Shown here piece by piece: positions 9,121 through 19,321 of a stretch of DNA of 64,000 bases (positions within the stretch are counted from its first letter, which is position 1; each line of letters starts with the position of its first letter). Below the pieces are notes generated by a model. That model saw only the letters and a list, made by a program, of their open reading frames with translations. It searched no databases and was not told where the DNA came from. The stretch comes from an uncultured virus (IMG/VR IMGVR_UViG_3300027751_000010) (taxonomy: Duplodnaviria; Heunggongvirae; Uroviricota; Caudoviricetes), in the IMG/VR virus record IMGVR_UViG_3300027751_000010. One strand, written 5' to 3'. Position numbers and translations under genes: made by a program.

Positions 9121-9804
9121 TTAAACAATAAATTCAAATGATTCTTTAACATTCGCACTACCATCAACCCAGTGTTCTTTTGATTCCTCTGCTTGCCATG
9201 ATGTACTAATATAGCCCAGCTTAACACTAAAGTCTTTGGTACTGGTTGAAGAATGCATGTAATCGTAATCAACTGCTAGTTTTTGCTTGTACCAAATTTG
9301 TTCAATTAGGGTGTGAGAACTTTCAAGTACACCTGGATGTACTTGCTCCTCATCAAAATCTTCACCGTCTGTCTCTACTGTGACAGTGAAGAACAAACCT
9401 TTCTCAGCTTTAAAACATAGCATTGCAGGGACAAAATCACCTTCTTCTGCATCACTCGGAATTTCGTCATACATTGCTCCGCCTTCTCGACAATATACGC
9501 GAGAACCTTCTTCGATGTCTTTTGTCTCGCCTATTTCTTCGCCGTCAGCATCTACTTCAACAACAGATAAGATACAATCTTCTGAAGCACTAGCAAGATG
9601 TTCAAAGTTATCCACATCAAACCATATTTGATTGCCGTTGCTTGTCATAACAGGAGACTCGCCGAGATGTTCCGTAAGCAGTGCTGCTGCTAGTATGTCT
9701 TCGTTGCCCACCCAATGATTAAGGAAATCCTGCGTCACTTGACCGACCACTAATTCACCGCCATCGCCCTCTGCTGTAATTTTAAAAAATCTTTTACCCA
9801 TCAT
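9121..9804 (-). CDS. hypothetical acidic phage protein
   Basis: 227-aa ORF, GDGGELVVG...EKG motifs. Confidence 0.7.
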   Translation of the reverse strand: MMGKRFFKITAEGDGGELVVGQVTQDFLNHWVGNEDILAAALLTEHLGESPVMTSNGNQIWFDVDNFEHLASASEDCILSVVEVDADGEEIGETKDIEEGSRVYCREGGAMYDEIPSDAEEGDFVPAMLCFKAEKGLFFTVTVETDGEDFDEEQVHPGVLESSHTLIEQIWYKQKLAVDYDYMHSSTSTKDFSVKLGYISTSWQAEESKEHWVDGSANVKESFEFIV

Positions 9805-10004
9805 ATTGCTCCATGTACAAATATTTTTAAAAGTCTGTCTCGTTCTTCAATCGCTTGTTCGGCGGTTTCTACTGCCTTACGTAGCATTTCCTTATAATCA
9901 TTAGTCTGTTGCATTGATTCTCTGACCAACCCATACGCCTCATCTAATTGTGATTGAAGATGATTAATGCTTGTAGTTAGTTTGGCTAATGATGCATCAG
10001 ACAT
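9801..10004 (-). CDS. hypothetical coiled-coil protein
   Basis: coupled ORF. Confidence 0.6.
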   Translation of the reverse strand: MSDASLAKLTTSINHLQSQLDEAYGLVRESMQQTNDYKEMLRKAVETAEQAIEERDRLLKIFVHGAI

Positions 10005-10173
10005 CTTTGTCGTCCAACACGTAAAAATTATTGCCGTTTTCGGTTTTAACCAACGTCAGCCTTACTGGTGGTTCCATGTGTATATATTTAAACCAGTCAC
10101 CCACTTCAATATAACAATGGGGATATTCGTTGCCTAAATACATCCAACCCTTTCCTTCCCAATAATCATTCAT
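9997..10173 (-). CDS. hypothetical protein (58 aa)
   Basis: hand-translated [10 protein letters not shown]...; fills the gap with overlaps at both ends. Confidence 0.55.
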   Translation of the reverse strand: MNDYWEGKGWMYLGNEYPHCYIEVGDWFKYIHMEPPVRLTLVKTENGNNFYVLDDKDV

Positions 10174-10538
10174 TTTGTTTGTCCTATAGCATACGCCTTC
10201 AACCAGTCGTCAGCGTCTATAAACATTTTACTTGCCAGCTTGACCTTACTGTTAGGCTTGTCCCTAAATTCATCTACATATACCCTGCACACAACCAAAT
10301 CATCTGCGTTCTTAAACCGCTTCAAATAGTCTATGCACTCTTGCTTGTCAGGCAAAATATGAAACCCTGAGATGAAACCCTTGCCAACAACTTTGCCTGG
10401 ATTCCAAACTCGTTTAATGTCGGCTTCCAACACAACATCCAACGGCAGTGCTCGTGATCCTTGCACACCATGAAATAACGTCTTCGGTCCAGGAGTCCTA
10501 AACAATCTGTATGCTACGTGTGGTGTCTTCTTATTCAT
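10170..10538 (-). CDS. hypothetical protein
   Basis: AYRLFR...LFHG...GFH motif. Confidence 0.65.
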   Translation of the reverse strand: MNKKTPHVAYRLFRTPGPKTLFHGVQGSRALPLDVVLEADIKRVWNPGKVVGKGFISGFHILPDKQECIDYLKRFKNADDLVVCRVYVDEFRDKPNSKVKLASKMFIDADDWLKAYAIGQTK

Positions 10539-11643
10539 TTATATCTCCATTGTAACTGCCAAACACTTGGTTGACTTGGTTGCTAACACGCACAAACGTT
10601 GTACACTTAGACAAGTCTTTGAGCGTCCTAGCGCCTACGTAAGTACACGCCGACCGTAGCCCACCTAGTATATCCTGCGCCGTCAATTTGACTGGCCCTT
10701 TGTAAGGCACAAGCACACGCTTACCTTCACTTGCTCTATATTCTGCAAGTCCATCACCGTGTTTCTCTTGTGCAGTTTTTGAGGACATGCCATAAAATTC
10801 CATTTGTGATGGCACCTGTTCTTCTAGCTGCTTTTTTGGACCTGTAGCACTTTCCTGAACCCATATTGTTCTTGTTTTTGTTACAACCCGACCTTCACAC
10901 TCATCATGCCCAGCTAACATTCCACCAAGCATAACAAAGTCAGCACCAGCTGCAAAGGCTTTTGCAACATCGCCAGGTGTTGTGCATCCACCGTCAGCAA
11001 TAATATGTCCACCCAGACCATGTGCAGCATCAGCGCACTCAATCACAGCCGAAAGCTGAGGATACCCTACACCAGTTTTTATGCGTGTAGTACAGACCGA
11101 GCCTGGACCTATGCCAATCTTTACAATGTCTGCACCAGCAATAATCAATGCTTCAGTCATATCACCAGTGACCACGTTGCCCGCCATAATAACACGATCA
11201 GGATAGCAGTCACGTAATTTTTTAACTGTGTCAACAAACGCTTCCGTATAACCGTTAGCAACATCCAAACAAATATAATCTATGTTGCCATTGCTGCGTA
11301 TCAGTTTATCTAACGCCGCTAAATCATCTGAGGACGACCCAGTTGACACCGCAACATTGCTCCACGGAAACGCTTCGTTGTCTCCCCAAAAATTAGGCTC
11401 AACTGCTTTGTGCAAGCACGTAAACATACCGTAGTCAGCAAGCGCCACAGCCATTTTAGGTGTGCCAATTGTGTCCATGTTAGCTGCCATCACAGGCGTG
11501 CCATTGTATTGGATGCTAGAGTGACGGAAGTTGTATGTACGAATGAGCGTAACATCGTAGCGAGACACTAAGGTACTACGCTTAGGGCGTATAAGAACAT
11601 CACTGTAATCTAACTTTATGTCGTTATCAATTCTCAATTTCAT
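10531..11643 (-). CDS. guaC: GMP reductase
   Basis: [46 protein letters not shown]. Confidence 0.96.
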   Translation of the reverse strand: MKLRIDNDIKLDYSDVLIRPKRSTLVSRYDVTLIRTYNFRHSSIQYNGTPVMAANMDTIGTPKMAVALADYGMFTCLHKAVEPNFWGDNEAFPWSNVAVSTGSSSDDLAALDKLIRSNGNIDYICLDVANGYTEAFVDTVKKLRDCYPDRVIMAGNVVTGDMTEALIIAGADIVKIGIGPGSVCTTRIKTGVGYPQLSAVIECADAAHGLGGHIIADGGCTTPGDVAKAFAAGADFVMLGGMLAGHDECEGRVVTKTRTIWVQESATGPKKQLEEQVPSQMEFYGMSSKTAQEKHGDGLAEYRASEGKRVLVPYKGPVKLTAQDILGGLRSACTYVGARTLKDLSKCTTFVRVSNQVNQVFGSYNGDINE

Positions 11644-11824
11644 CTCCTAAATAACACAAGCCCGACCTACCTAAAATAATTTCAGAACACGGGTTATTCT
11701 CCATCCGAGGTTCTACACCATACTTTAAGCGATTATAAAATTTGCGCTTGTCTCTTGCTCTTTCGTCCTCAGACTGAGGTACCATTTCATGCCAAACAAC
11801 AACTTCTGTAATTTTAACACTCAT
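11627..11824 (-). CDS. hypothetical protein
   Basis: contains [11 protein letters not shown]. Confidence 0.55.
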   Translation of the reverse strand: MSVKITEVVVWHEMVPQSEDERARDKRKFYNRLKYGVEPRMENNPCSEIILGRSGLCYLGDEIEN

Positions 11825-12405
11825 TCTTCTTCATCATCGTATATGGTATCGCGATTACATGCACGGAGTAACGCTTTGTGGTATGAGCAATGAGTAATAC
11901 TTTTACCTTTCCAATCATCCTCATCGACCTCTACAATTGTACATAAAGGACAGTCAGTTACGTCTAACGTTACGTGACCATTTTCTGCATAATCCAAAAT
12001 CGCATGTAATCTATCTCCACGCAATAGCTTTGCTAGATTCTCGTTAGGCTTGGGCGGAGCATCTAATGCGTCGTGAAATGCTTTTAAATCCTCATCACTA
12101 AGTTCCGGGTGCCGTTTCTTATATTCACCAAAACGATATGCAAGCTCATTAGCGATATGATGTAGCTGATCGCGCGCACGTATCTCGCTAGGGAAATACC
12201 GCTGTGCCGATTGGATTAACTGCTCATCTGTACAATTATCCACCATGGTCTCATCCTCAGTATTTTCATCTACGTAAAACTGCTCAGGCATCTTGTCTTG
12301 ATCCTTCAAAAACGTAAACTCGGCAAACTCCTCAGCCGACATTGAGCCAGCTTTGTACATGCCTAGCGCCGTTTCATACATTTCATCTAATAGTCTGCTC
12401 ATCAT
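11821..12405 (-). CDS. chimeric protein with HigA-like N-terminus and DUF1778 (TacA/AtaR)-like segment
   Basis: MSRLLDEMYETALGMYKAGSMSAEEFAEF and LSDEDLKAFHDALDAPPKPNENLAKLL. Confidence 0.55.
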   Translation of the reverse strand: MMSRLLDEMYETALGMYKAGSMSAEEFAEFTFLKDQDKMPEQFYVDENTEDETMVDNCTDEQLIQSAQRYFPSEIRARDQLHHIANELAYRFGEYKKRHPELSDEDLKAFHDALDAPPKPNENLAKLLRGDRLHAILDYAENGHVTLDVTDCPLCTIVEVDEDDWKGKSITHCSYHKALLRACNRDTIYDDEEE

Positions 12406-12420
12406 ATTTCCTGTGTTAGT

Positions 12421-12609
12421 CTAGTCGTGATCAAAGCCTCTGCGGCCATCTGGCTGTCTTGTCTTTAGCCTTTGCAAAAACAACTCAGCTTCAGTAGGAG
12501 GACCACGCCGTAACCGCTTAATAAATTCTTCTTTATCTTCTACACGTTTCTTCTCAGCAATTCTCTGCTTCCTGTGTATAAGATCAGAAATCATCTTTCG
12601 CAGTTTCAT
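12421..12609 (-). CDS. hypothetical basic protein
   Basis: KEEFIKRLRRG and ELFLQRLKT. Confidence 0.6.
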   Translation of the reverse strand: MKLRKMISDLIHRKQRIAEKKRVEDKEEFIKRLRRGPPTEAELFLQRLKTRQPDGRRGFDHD

Positions 12610-13379
12610 ATTTCTGCGCCGTTCTCCAGTGACCAAAGTGTCATAACATTAGTATGACCCTCGTTCTCTTCTTTGAGGGACTCCCACGTTTCCTTCCAGT
12701 CCTTTACATTATACACTCTATTGTCACCTAATAGCAAGAGTTTCTTTGCCAATGTAAAGTCGTTGCCCATAGGATTGATTTGATCAGCAAAAAAGACAAG
12801 AGGGCAATCTACCATGTCAGCAACCTGGGATTTATCTCTATACTTCTCAGTGATGTCGATACCAATGCCACCGCCAATTTGGGCTATAAACTTTGGCCAT
12901 GTTTTGTTTATGTGGTCGGCTATCAATTCTCTTTCCTTAGAAACAGCATCGAATTTCATATATGCTTCTCGTTGCAAGCTTGATGTACCTCGACCACATA
13001 TTGAAAAGTTAACAAGGCCAGTCCTATAGTCAAGGTGAGGGTAACGCTTGTCTTCAAAGTTAGATGCAGCAATAGCCTCATCAAAATACTCTAGCATCTC
13101 TACTGGTATTGCAATTTCGTGATGCATAACAAGCTTGCCTTGGATGTATGTTGCGTTACCTGCGCAAGCAAATACAGCTTCAGCCCTCTCCAAAATATGC
13201 TTACCCACTTGCATCAATAGCTTGTCGTATGTCCCACATGAGACAATATAAAAAGTGTTAGTCTCTGTCCACTTTGAAAACCAGTGGAAGAAGGCTTTGT
13301 CTAATATACCGCTTACTGGTACAAGAGTGCCATCAACGTCAAATAAATAATTAGGCGTGGTATTGGTTAATTTCGTCAT
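12606..13379 (-). CDS. HAD-IIB phosphomannomutase-like protein
   Basis: FDVDGTL, RTGLVNFSICGR, GGGIGIDI, DKSQ, GNDF. Confidence 0.85.
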   Translation of the reverse strand: MTKLTNTTPNYLFDVDGTLVPVSGILDKAFFHWFSKWTETNTFYIVSCGTYDKLLMQVGKHILERAEAVFACAGNATYIQGKLVMHHEIAIPVEMLEYFDEAIAASNFEDKRYPHLDYRTGLVNFSICGRGTSSLQREAYMKFDAVSKERELIADHINKTWPKFIAQIGGGIGIDITEKYRDKSQVADMVDCPLVFFADQINPMGNDFTLAKKLLLLGDNRVYNVKDWKETWESLKEENEGHTNVMTLWSLENGAEI

Positions 13380-13980
13380 CTAAATACAGATCATTGATTA
13401 AACAATAAATCTGCCTCCATGGTTCAGTATGAGACACTCTAGCATATAGTAACTTGTCGTGATCTACTAGGTGTCGGTTATACGGTTGGTCAACAAGAAT
13501 AGAACGCAACCCAACCGATACTCCATCAATTGCGTTCTTGTAATGGTCTTCAATCCAAAATAGTTTACTGTCTCTCCATCGTTCTAATATATCCCTCTTC
13601 GGAGCACCAGTGTCTAAACATATTAGCTCATCAATAGCATCACCAAAATGCATCTTCAAGTTGTCGCTTCGGTAACCATGTGCTGCATCTGATTTACTGA
13701 GACTTGAAATTGCAATGAACTTGAAACCTTGTTCATGCAAACGTCGAACCCAATATACTGAATCAGCCAATGGATTTAATGAACCAATGAGATTAGTGTT
13801 GTTGAATTCTGATGCCAACTTATACGCCTCTAGTTCGCTAATACCGTGCCGCACCGAAAGCAAATAATTGTCGTCTGTACCTTCAATACGAGGATACCCA
13901 GCAATCGACATAAACATATCGAAACCCGAGTTCCAATTTAGCAACACACCATCGACGTCTGTTAGTATAAGCTTATCCAT
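13351..13980 (-). CDS. HAD hydrolase (T4 30.2-like 5'-nucleotidase)
   Basis: ILTDVDGVLLNW, ISSL, FWIED; start moved to MDKLIL. Confidence 0.8.
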   Translation of the reverse strand: MDKLILTDVDGVLLNWNSGFDMFMSIAGYPRIEGTDDNYLLSVRHGISELEAYKLASEFNNTNLIGSLNPLADSVYWVRRLHEQGFKFIAISSLSKSDAAHGYRSDNLKMHFGDAIDELICLDTGAPKRDILERWRDSKLFWIEDHYKNAIDGVSVGLRSILVDQPYNRHLVDHDKLLYARVSHTEPWRQIYCLINDLYLDDEINQYHA

Positions 13981-14416
13981 TACGAGACCTATAATTATCA
14001 GACTCCTTTGTGCGGCCACAATAAAGACATAGGTCATCATTATCATACAACCGAGAAACGTGGTGCTTAACTGGAGACATATCACATGTAAAGATCGATA
14101 TATGTAAAGCTTCATTGCTAGATACACCTCGATCCGTATGCAAAAAGTTCATCAGTGCTAAATGTAGTTGGTTTCCTTCTTCAGATTTTATATGATATTG
14201 ATTATATAAATCGAGTGGGTCCGTGCCATATTTTAACACATTTACAAAGTGTTCTTTATCAGTGTCGACTTTTAGTTTAGTTTTGTTTTCTGTTTCTATT
14301 TTTTTATCAACATATTTCGCAACCTGACTCGCAACCTGAATAATCAAAACTATACCCGCTATTATTCCAATTAAAAATGATGAGAATGTCCAGGCGACCA
14401 ATACTAAAGGACTCAT
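13973..14416 (-). CDS. hypothetical membrane-anchored protein
   Basis: N-terminal TM helix, C-terminal CxxC. Confidence 0.65.
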   Translation of the reverse strand: MSPLVLVAWTFSSFLIGIIAGIVLIIQVASQVAKYVDKKIETENKTKLKVDTDKEHFVNVLKYGTDPLDLYNQYHIKSEEGNQLHLALMNFLHTDRGVSSNEALHISIFTCDMSPVKHHVSRLYDNDDLCLYCGRTKESDNYRSRNG

Positions 14417-14419
14417 TGT

Positions 14420-14758
14420 TTATTCCTCAGTCGGAACCACTGTGTCGTCAGTCACTTCCACTTCCTGCAATTCTACGGGCAACTCTGCACCGACCGCAGT
14501 TAAAAACTGCTTGTACTTATCCTTGTAGCCGCGTATAATGTGCGCCTCCAAGTCTTCGTATGTTGCCCCAGCCGACCTCGCCCGATTCTTTATAAATTTG
14601 CGATTCATCACATCCATAATTACTGTTGCGTAATTTGTGTGTTTCGGCCGTATCACATCGAGGAATTCACATTCTTCGTGTACTTGCGTTTTACCGCGAT
14701 TTTCACCTTCGGCGATTGGCATATAAATATGCTTTAAAACTACGTATGCACCTTTCAT
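14420..14758 (-). CDS. hypothetical protein
   Basis: 112-aa ORF, RBS GGGAG, own promoter. Confidence 0.7.
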   Translation of the reverse strand: MKGAYVVLKHIYMPIAEGENRGKTQVHEECEFLDVIRPKHTNYATVIMDVMNRKFIKNRARSAGATYEDLEAHIIRGYKDKYKQFLTAVGAELPVELQEVEVTDDTVVPTEE

Positions 14759-14792
14759 CTTTTACTCCCATAGAGTTCAGTATCCTTGTGTT

Positions 14793-14821
14793 ATTGTAAC
14801 ACAGAATAAGATGAAAGTCAA
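14793..14821 (-). promoter_or_regulatory. sigma70-like promoter TTGACT-N17-TACAAT
   Basis: consensus match. Confidence 0.75.
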
Positions 14822-15171
14822 GAGAATTTGTACAAATCTATCTTTGTGTGATCCACTACTTCACATTCTTCAATGAGGAGACCACCGCGTAGTTTGGATA
14901 CGAATAGGTTTTTAGGTGTAGTAGATACAAGTTGGTACATCCATGGATATTCTTTGAGGGTAGAGAGACGAAAATCGTTGTACCTAATTATATCATCTAT
15001 ACCTGGATTCTCTATTATCAGGGCATTTTGACTAGGACTGTTGTGTTTTGTTAAGAACCGGCCATACACTATCTTTGGTCCAGCAATCCAATTACCCCAA
15101 ATTTTTGGATCAAGCCACACCAAATAAACCACAGAGGCATCTATTTCTCTAGTTCCCTTTGGGTGAGTCAT
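14818..15171 (-). CDS. hypothetical protein
   Basis: contains KNLFVSKLRGG. Confidence 0.65.
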   Translation of the reverse strand: MTHPKGTREIDASVVYLVWLDPKIWGNWIAGPKIVYGRFLTKHNSPSQNALIIENPGIDDIIRYNDFRLSTLKEYPWMYQLVSTTPKNLFVSKLRGGLLIEECEVVDHTKIDLYKFS

Positions 15172-15976
15172 AATACTCTAGCCGCTCAATGTCGTCTTCG
15201 CTAGTCTCAGAACCAAACTGTATCTCAATAATGTGAACAGGATTAGTAGTATTGTTGTAAATTTGGTGCCACTCTTTTGCTTTGACTGTAAATACATCAT
15301 TAGGAACTAAGGAATGAGTCAGATAATATCCAGCATCAAATGTGGCATGTTTTACCGTGGGATAACCTTGACTGACACACCAAACCTCATTGCGATGTAG
15401 ATGCCGCTGATAGCTTATGCCGCAACCAGGATCAATAACAAGCTCCTTGACCTTCACACTATGGGTGAATTTACCATGTGTTCCGTTGTCTTCGTGTAGT
15501 ACACGGAACGACCCCCACCTTCTATATTCTATAATACCCTTACTCCACTTGTCCAGCAGGTCACTACTAGAATTAGCTTTGATTGAATCACCGACGGACC
15601 AAGCATAATTTAAATGCGTGTGCAGATCATATTCAGCCTGTGGAATATTTGCGTGACCTCGGTCACCACCATTACAGAACCAAAGGTCGGTTTCAGGATA
15701 CCATGCTATGATCTTTTTTAAACCTTCAGCACAACTGCCATCTGAATCGTCAAAATCAATAACTGCTTCAACGTTAGTCATAGCCATAAGCACAGCCTTG
15801 CGTTCTTCGAAGGACATAAATGCACGACCTTTTTTATTCATTAACCACTTGTCACTATTTAACAAAACAAGTACAGGTCCTCCACAAACATCAGCAGCAC
15901 CATTTATTAATTTTATGTGTCCACTGTGTATAGGATCGAACCCGCCGCTAACAATTGCTCTTTTTTGCTTTTTCAT
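15149..15976 (-). CDS. cytidylyltransferase-like (HxGH) domain fused to mannose-6-phosphate-isomerase-type cupin
   Basis: SGGFDPIHSGH, NSDKWL..KKG, NGGDR, NSSS; RRWG...VKEL...SYQRH..RNEVW...EIQFG...EDDIER. Confidence 0.88.
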   Translation of the reverse strand: MKKQKRAIVSGGFDPIHSGHIKLINGAADVCGGPVLVLLNSDKWLMNKKGRAFMSFEERKAVLMAMTNVEAVIDFDDSDGSCAEGLKKIIAWYPETDLWFCNGGDRGHANIPQAEYDLHTHLNYAWSVGDSIKANSSSDLLDKWSKGIIEYRRWGSFRVLHEDNGTHGKFTHSVKVKELVIDPGCGISYQRHLHRNEVWCVSQGYPTVKHATFDAGYYLTHSLVPNDVFTVKAKEWHQIYNNTTNPVHIIEIQFGSETSEDDIERLEYYDSPKGN

Positions 15977-15986
15977 TCGCCCCCCT

Positions 15987-16223
15987 TTAAATTCCAAACA
16001 GATCAATACCGACTGTATCCTCAGCCCACCCTACCATTTTTGGCTTCGACAACACATCACCAAACGCAGGATCACCATCCAGCTGATCTGCATGTGCTTG
16101 TGCAAGCTCTTTATTATCTGCAAAGAATCTAAAATAAAGCAATCCGTTCTCTGGATCCAGTTTAGCTTCTTTATCAAATGCCCAGTTAGCCCCAACTTCA
16201 ACTTCAAATACTCTCTGTTTCAT
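15987..16223 (-). CDS. hypothetical protein
   Basis: coupled ORF. Confidence 0.6.
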   Translation of the reverse strand: MKQRVFEVEVGANWAFDKEAKLDPENGLLYFRFFADNKELAQAHADQLDGDPAFGDVLSKPKMVGWAEDTVGIDLFGI

Positions 16224-16450
16224 GTTGGTCTATCCATTACGTCTAATATTAGTTTTTGTAAGTTTCTAACTACAACTTCCGTTGTAGTATTGCCCTTGCC
16301 TTGAAGTGCTAATCCAAGGTGTATATAATACACCATTGCATCTTCTCCACGTATAAAAATACCTGGCCAATCATCTTCAAATTGCACAGCACCAGTTTCT
16401 ACTCTGCCATCTTCAACAGCCCTAACTTGTCGCGCATCATTCTTCATCAA
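16220..16450 (-). CDS. hypothetical protein
   Basis: RVETGAVQFEDDWPGIFIRG. Confidence 0.65.
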   Translation of the reverse strand: MMKNDARQVRAVEDGRVETGAVQFEDDWPGIFIRGEDAMVYYIHLGLALQGKGNTTTEVVVRNLQKLILDVMDRPT

Positions 16451-17381
16451 TCATCTCCAGCTCAATCAAACAAGCAGACAAATTGATCTCAGGATCAGCA
16501 ATAGCAACATGGTTCACAAGTGCATTGCGGATAATAAGAATCGCTTTCATCTGCGCGCCTTCGGTTGCTCCCCAGTAATCAAGGTTCTGGTAGAGGTGCC
16601 TGTAAATATCCTCATAGTCCTCTGCCGCCGCGTTCTCGCAAATAACCTTACGTGCTTCCTTGATCTTATTTTGACGGAACAATGCAATCATCTGTAACTT
16701 ATAATCCGAGACACCCATCTCCTCAGTGTGCGGGGCGTTCAGCTTTCCACCGTCAGTGTTTTGTTGACATAGGTTGATACATTTCCGCATGTCTGGATAC
16801 GTTGCTTCAACATACAGGTCAAGGATATCGAGGATGTCTTCATCATCACCTGATTCAAGTACACCTTCTGTTGCTAGGATGGTTACCATCCTTGCTAAGA
16901 ATGATTCTCGATCAAGCTTTTCAATATGGAACCCTTGACACCTACTGTGTAGTGCAGGAATAATTTTATGCGGATAGTTACACGTAAGAATGAAACGACA
17001 AATATTGCTATAGCGTTCCATTACACCGCGCAACGCCGCCTGTGCATTAGCAGTAAGGTAGTCAGCCTCATCCAATATGATGTATTTGAATTCACCAAAT
17101 GGCATGGTGGACGCGAAGTTTGTAATTATGTCGCGTATGTAGTCCACACCATTATCTGTAGAACCGTTAATAAAAAGCACATCACCCCAGTCCACATCAA
17201 GTTCAAACAACAACACCTTAGCAAGTGTAGTCTTACCTGTGCCAGGTCCACCACTAAACAACAAGTGCGGGATTGTTTCGCTCTTTAGCCACGTTTCGAC
17301 TTGCTTCTTTTGTGAACCATCACGGAACACATAGTCGTTTAGCTTTTGTGGTCTATACTTTTCTGCCCATAATTGTTTCAT
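16437..17381 (-). CDS. sliding clamp loader AAA+ subunit (RFC small / gp44-like)
   Basis: WAEKYRP, GPGTGKTT, LDEAD, SRC motif. Confidence 0.95.
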   Translation of the reverse strand: MKQLWAEKYRPQKLNDYVFRDGSQKKQVETWLKSETIPHLLFSGGPGTGKTTLAKVLLFELDVDWGDVLFINGSTDNGVDYIRDIITNFASTMPFGEFKYIILDEADYLTANAQAALRGVMERYSNICRFILTCNYPHKIIPALHSRCQGFHIEKLDRESFLARMVTILATEGVLESGDDEDILDILDLYVEATYPDMRKCINLCQQNTDGGKLNAPHTEEMGVSDYKLQMIALFRQNKIKEARKVICENAAAEDYEDIYRHLYQNLDYWGATEGAQMKAILIIRNALVNHVAIADPEINLSACLIELEMIDEE

Positions 17382-17617
17382 TGGCTAGACTCCACAAGCT
17401 CACGTAGATTGCGCGCTATTAATATTAACATAGCAGTTTTTTCATCCTCTGTTGCTGTACCAATTCCCGATTCAATTTCGTTGCTCAAACCTATGAGTGC
17501 ATCCTGTAACTGCGTGAGAATAGTCTGCGAACCTTTAAGCATTTCCACTTGTGCTTTGAGGCTACGTATCTCAGATTTGAGCATATATGCGTGTTTGTTT
17601 GATGTGTCTAAAACCAT
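17378..17617 (-). CDS. hypothetical protein
   Basis: coupled ORF. Confidence 0.6.
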   Translation of the reverse strand: MVLDTSNKHAYMLKSEIRSLKAQVEMLKGSQTILTQLQDALIGLSNEIESGIGTATEDEKTAMLILIARNLRELVESSQ

Positions 17618-17626
17618 TTGTTAGTC

Positions 17627-17974
17627 CTATATGTAAAGTCGCTGTGGTTTTTCATCTTGATAATTTTTATCCTTAATGCAGTTTGTGAGACAGGTAGCTT
17701 GTCCTTCATCCCAAGAAATTGTTATTTCATCTGCTCGCCAACCTAGTTCAAGCTTTCTATAAGATAGCGTACCGTCGTCATCATATTCTGAAACCATCAA
17801 GTCAACTTGGTAAACTGCTTTTACACCTTTTAGATAATCTTTTTGATCTTGGCTGGATAAAGACAGATTCACCGCGAACGCTAACTGATCCAATGCTTTT
17901 TTAACATTAACATCAGAGCTATCCGCAGCGAGTCTGAGAAGTTTTGCTAGTGACATTAGATTCTTTTCTGTCAT
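17627..17974 (-). CDS. hypothetical; N-terminus paralogous to 20747..21196
   Basis: LAKLLRLAADSSDVNVKKALDQLAFAVNL vs LIELLDTALTSKDPAIREALKKLLFIVTL. Confidence 0.65.
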   Translation of the reverse strand: MTEKNLMSLAKLLRLAADSSDVNVKKALDQLAFAVNLSLSSQDQKDYLKGVKAVYQVDLMVSEYDDDGTLSYRKLELGWRADEITISWDEGQATCLTNCIKDKNYQDEKPQRLYI

Positions 17975-17980
17975 AAGCAC

Positions 17981-18009
17981 AGTATAACAGGAAATGAGAT
18001 GAATGTCAA
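17981..18009 (-). promoter_or_regulatory. sigma70-like promoter TTGACA-N17-TATACT
   Basis: consensus; ATG 6 nt downstream of -10. Confidence 0.75.
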
Positions 18010-18012
18010 GTG

Positions 18013-18345
18013 TTAGAAGCGGTGTGCAAATTCCACAGGCTGTTCATCTGAAACACACAGGACGGCGTCAGGCCAATCAATACCCCAAAGAGTAAAGCGT
18101 TCGCCATCATCGTCTACAAGGTCTAAGCCGCGTGTCCAACGACCATGCTCGACCAATACCCACTTGCCAGGTTCTAGGTCTGGGTCATTGATACCTGGAC
18201 CAACGGAATGTATCTTTGCCCAACGTGGACGTATGCCTTCGGACTTACCGTTATCATCGCGCAAGATGATTCCACCCTGTGTGCGGCGTTCACCTTTCTC
18301 TAGGCGCTCAACTAATATCTTTTTATACATTGCTTTAATCTTCAT
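18013..18345 (-). CDS. groES: co-chaperonin GroES-like
   Basis: KILVER..ERRTQGGIIL..D, VGPG, GKWVL. Confidence 0.85.
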   Translation of the reverse strand: MKIKAMYKKILVERLEKGERRTQGGIILRDDNGKSEGIRPRWAKIHSVGPGINDPDLEPGKWVLVEHGRWTRGLDLVDDDGERFTLWGIDWPDAVLCVSDEQPVEFAHRF

Positions 18346-18599
18346 CTAATTACTCTCCCGTGATATTTGTATGTCTTGTGTGGTGTAAGTGCTCGTGTCT
18401 CTATTAATGCTTGGCTTGCTGATTTATCGTATTTAAAACCTGGAAGCAAAGTTTGTATTTTTGTAATAGGTGATGTATAAATGTGTGTAGTTGTTGTGAC
18501 TGTGGTGGAAGGACTGGACAAGGGAAGCCGTCTTACAAGACTTCCCTTGGCTATCGGCAGAACACCGCGCTTCCAACCACAAGCCCGTCTGGTTGTCAT
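18342..18599 (-). CDS. hypothetical protein
   Basis: starts right after upstream TAA; ATGA overlap with groES. Confidence 0.5.
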   Translation of the reverse strand: MTTRRACGWKRGVLPIAKGSLVRRLPLSSPSTTVTTTTHIYTSPITKIQTLLPGFKYDKSASQALIETRALTPHKTYKYHGRVIR

Positions 18600-19040
18600 T
18601 TATATTGAACCTTTCTTTTGTTTGGATTTGGTTTTGGTTTTCTTCTTTGGTGCTGGAGCAACCTCCTCAGTTACAATAGACCCATCATCATACATGATCT
18701 CATTATACTGTGAACCATCCGCGCGTGTCTTTAGCGTGACCGTAGGTTCAAGCTCTTCCAACACTTCCTCAAGCGGCTCTTCCATCACTTCTTCTGTGGT
18801 CTTTACAACGTCAGCTTTATTGATGCTAGGCTTGAGACTGGTCTTAGCAACCTCACGTCTTGCGGTGTGACTAGGAGCAATCCGCTCTTTTGCTGTCTTT
18901 ATAATCTCGCCGCCTTTACCAAGCATATCACCCTTAGCGTTGACCTTCATGTTACCAAGCGCCACAGCGTGTTCGTTAGCGTGTCGTAACGCCTCCATGT
19001 CTATTGGTGTTCCTCTTGATGTCTTATATATTCTTGCCAT
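18600..19040 (-). CDS. hypothetical phage protein
   Basis: YKTSRG..IDM..L...NE..VALGNMKVNAKGD.LG.GG.II. Confidence 0.75.
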   Translation of the reverse strand: MARIYKTSRGTPIDMEALRHANEHAVALGNMKVNAKGDMLGKGGEIIKTAKERIAPSHTARREVAKTSLKPSINKADVVKTTEEVMEEPLEEVLEELEPTVTLKTRADGSQYNEIMYDDGSIVTEEVAPAPKKKTKTKSKQKKGSI

Positions 19041-19120
19041 AATGTTTTCCCTGATTATCCGCGATAATCGTTTCCTGTCCCGTTTTACCGGGCTTCAAAG
19101 TTTTTAACTCCGTTACCCTT

Positions 19121-19297
19121 TTAGTGGTCTTGTAGTTCTTTTTCCAATAGTGCGATCTTCTCTTTTAGAATCAATCGCTGCACCTTTTTATTTCTAATTA
19201 TAGCGTCCGAGATATAGTGTTCCCATTCGTCTCTAATCTCTTCGTCTAATAATCTGTGTTGCTCTTTTAGGTCATCTAATTGGTCAATAATATTCAT
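19121..19297 (-). CDS. DUF465/YdcH-like small coiled-coil protein
   Basis: hand-translated MNIIDQLDDLKEQHRLLDEEI...KKVQRLILKEKIALLE; RBS AGGAGG. Confidence 0.7.
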   Translation of the reverse strand: MNIIDQLDDLKEQHRLLDEEIRDEWEHYISDAIIRNKKVQRLILKEKIALLEKELQDH

Positions 19298-19321
19298 ACT
19301 ACCAGTATCCTCCTAATTGTG

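Noticed and set aside
15708..16304. 198-aa plus-strand ORF and the many other short plus-strand ORFs
   Set aside because: They overlap well-supported minus-strand genes and have antisense-like composition.
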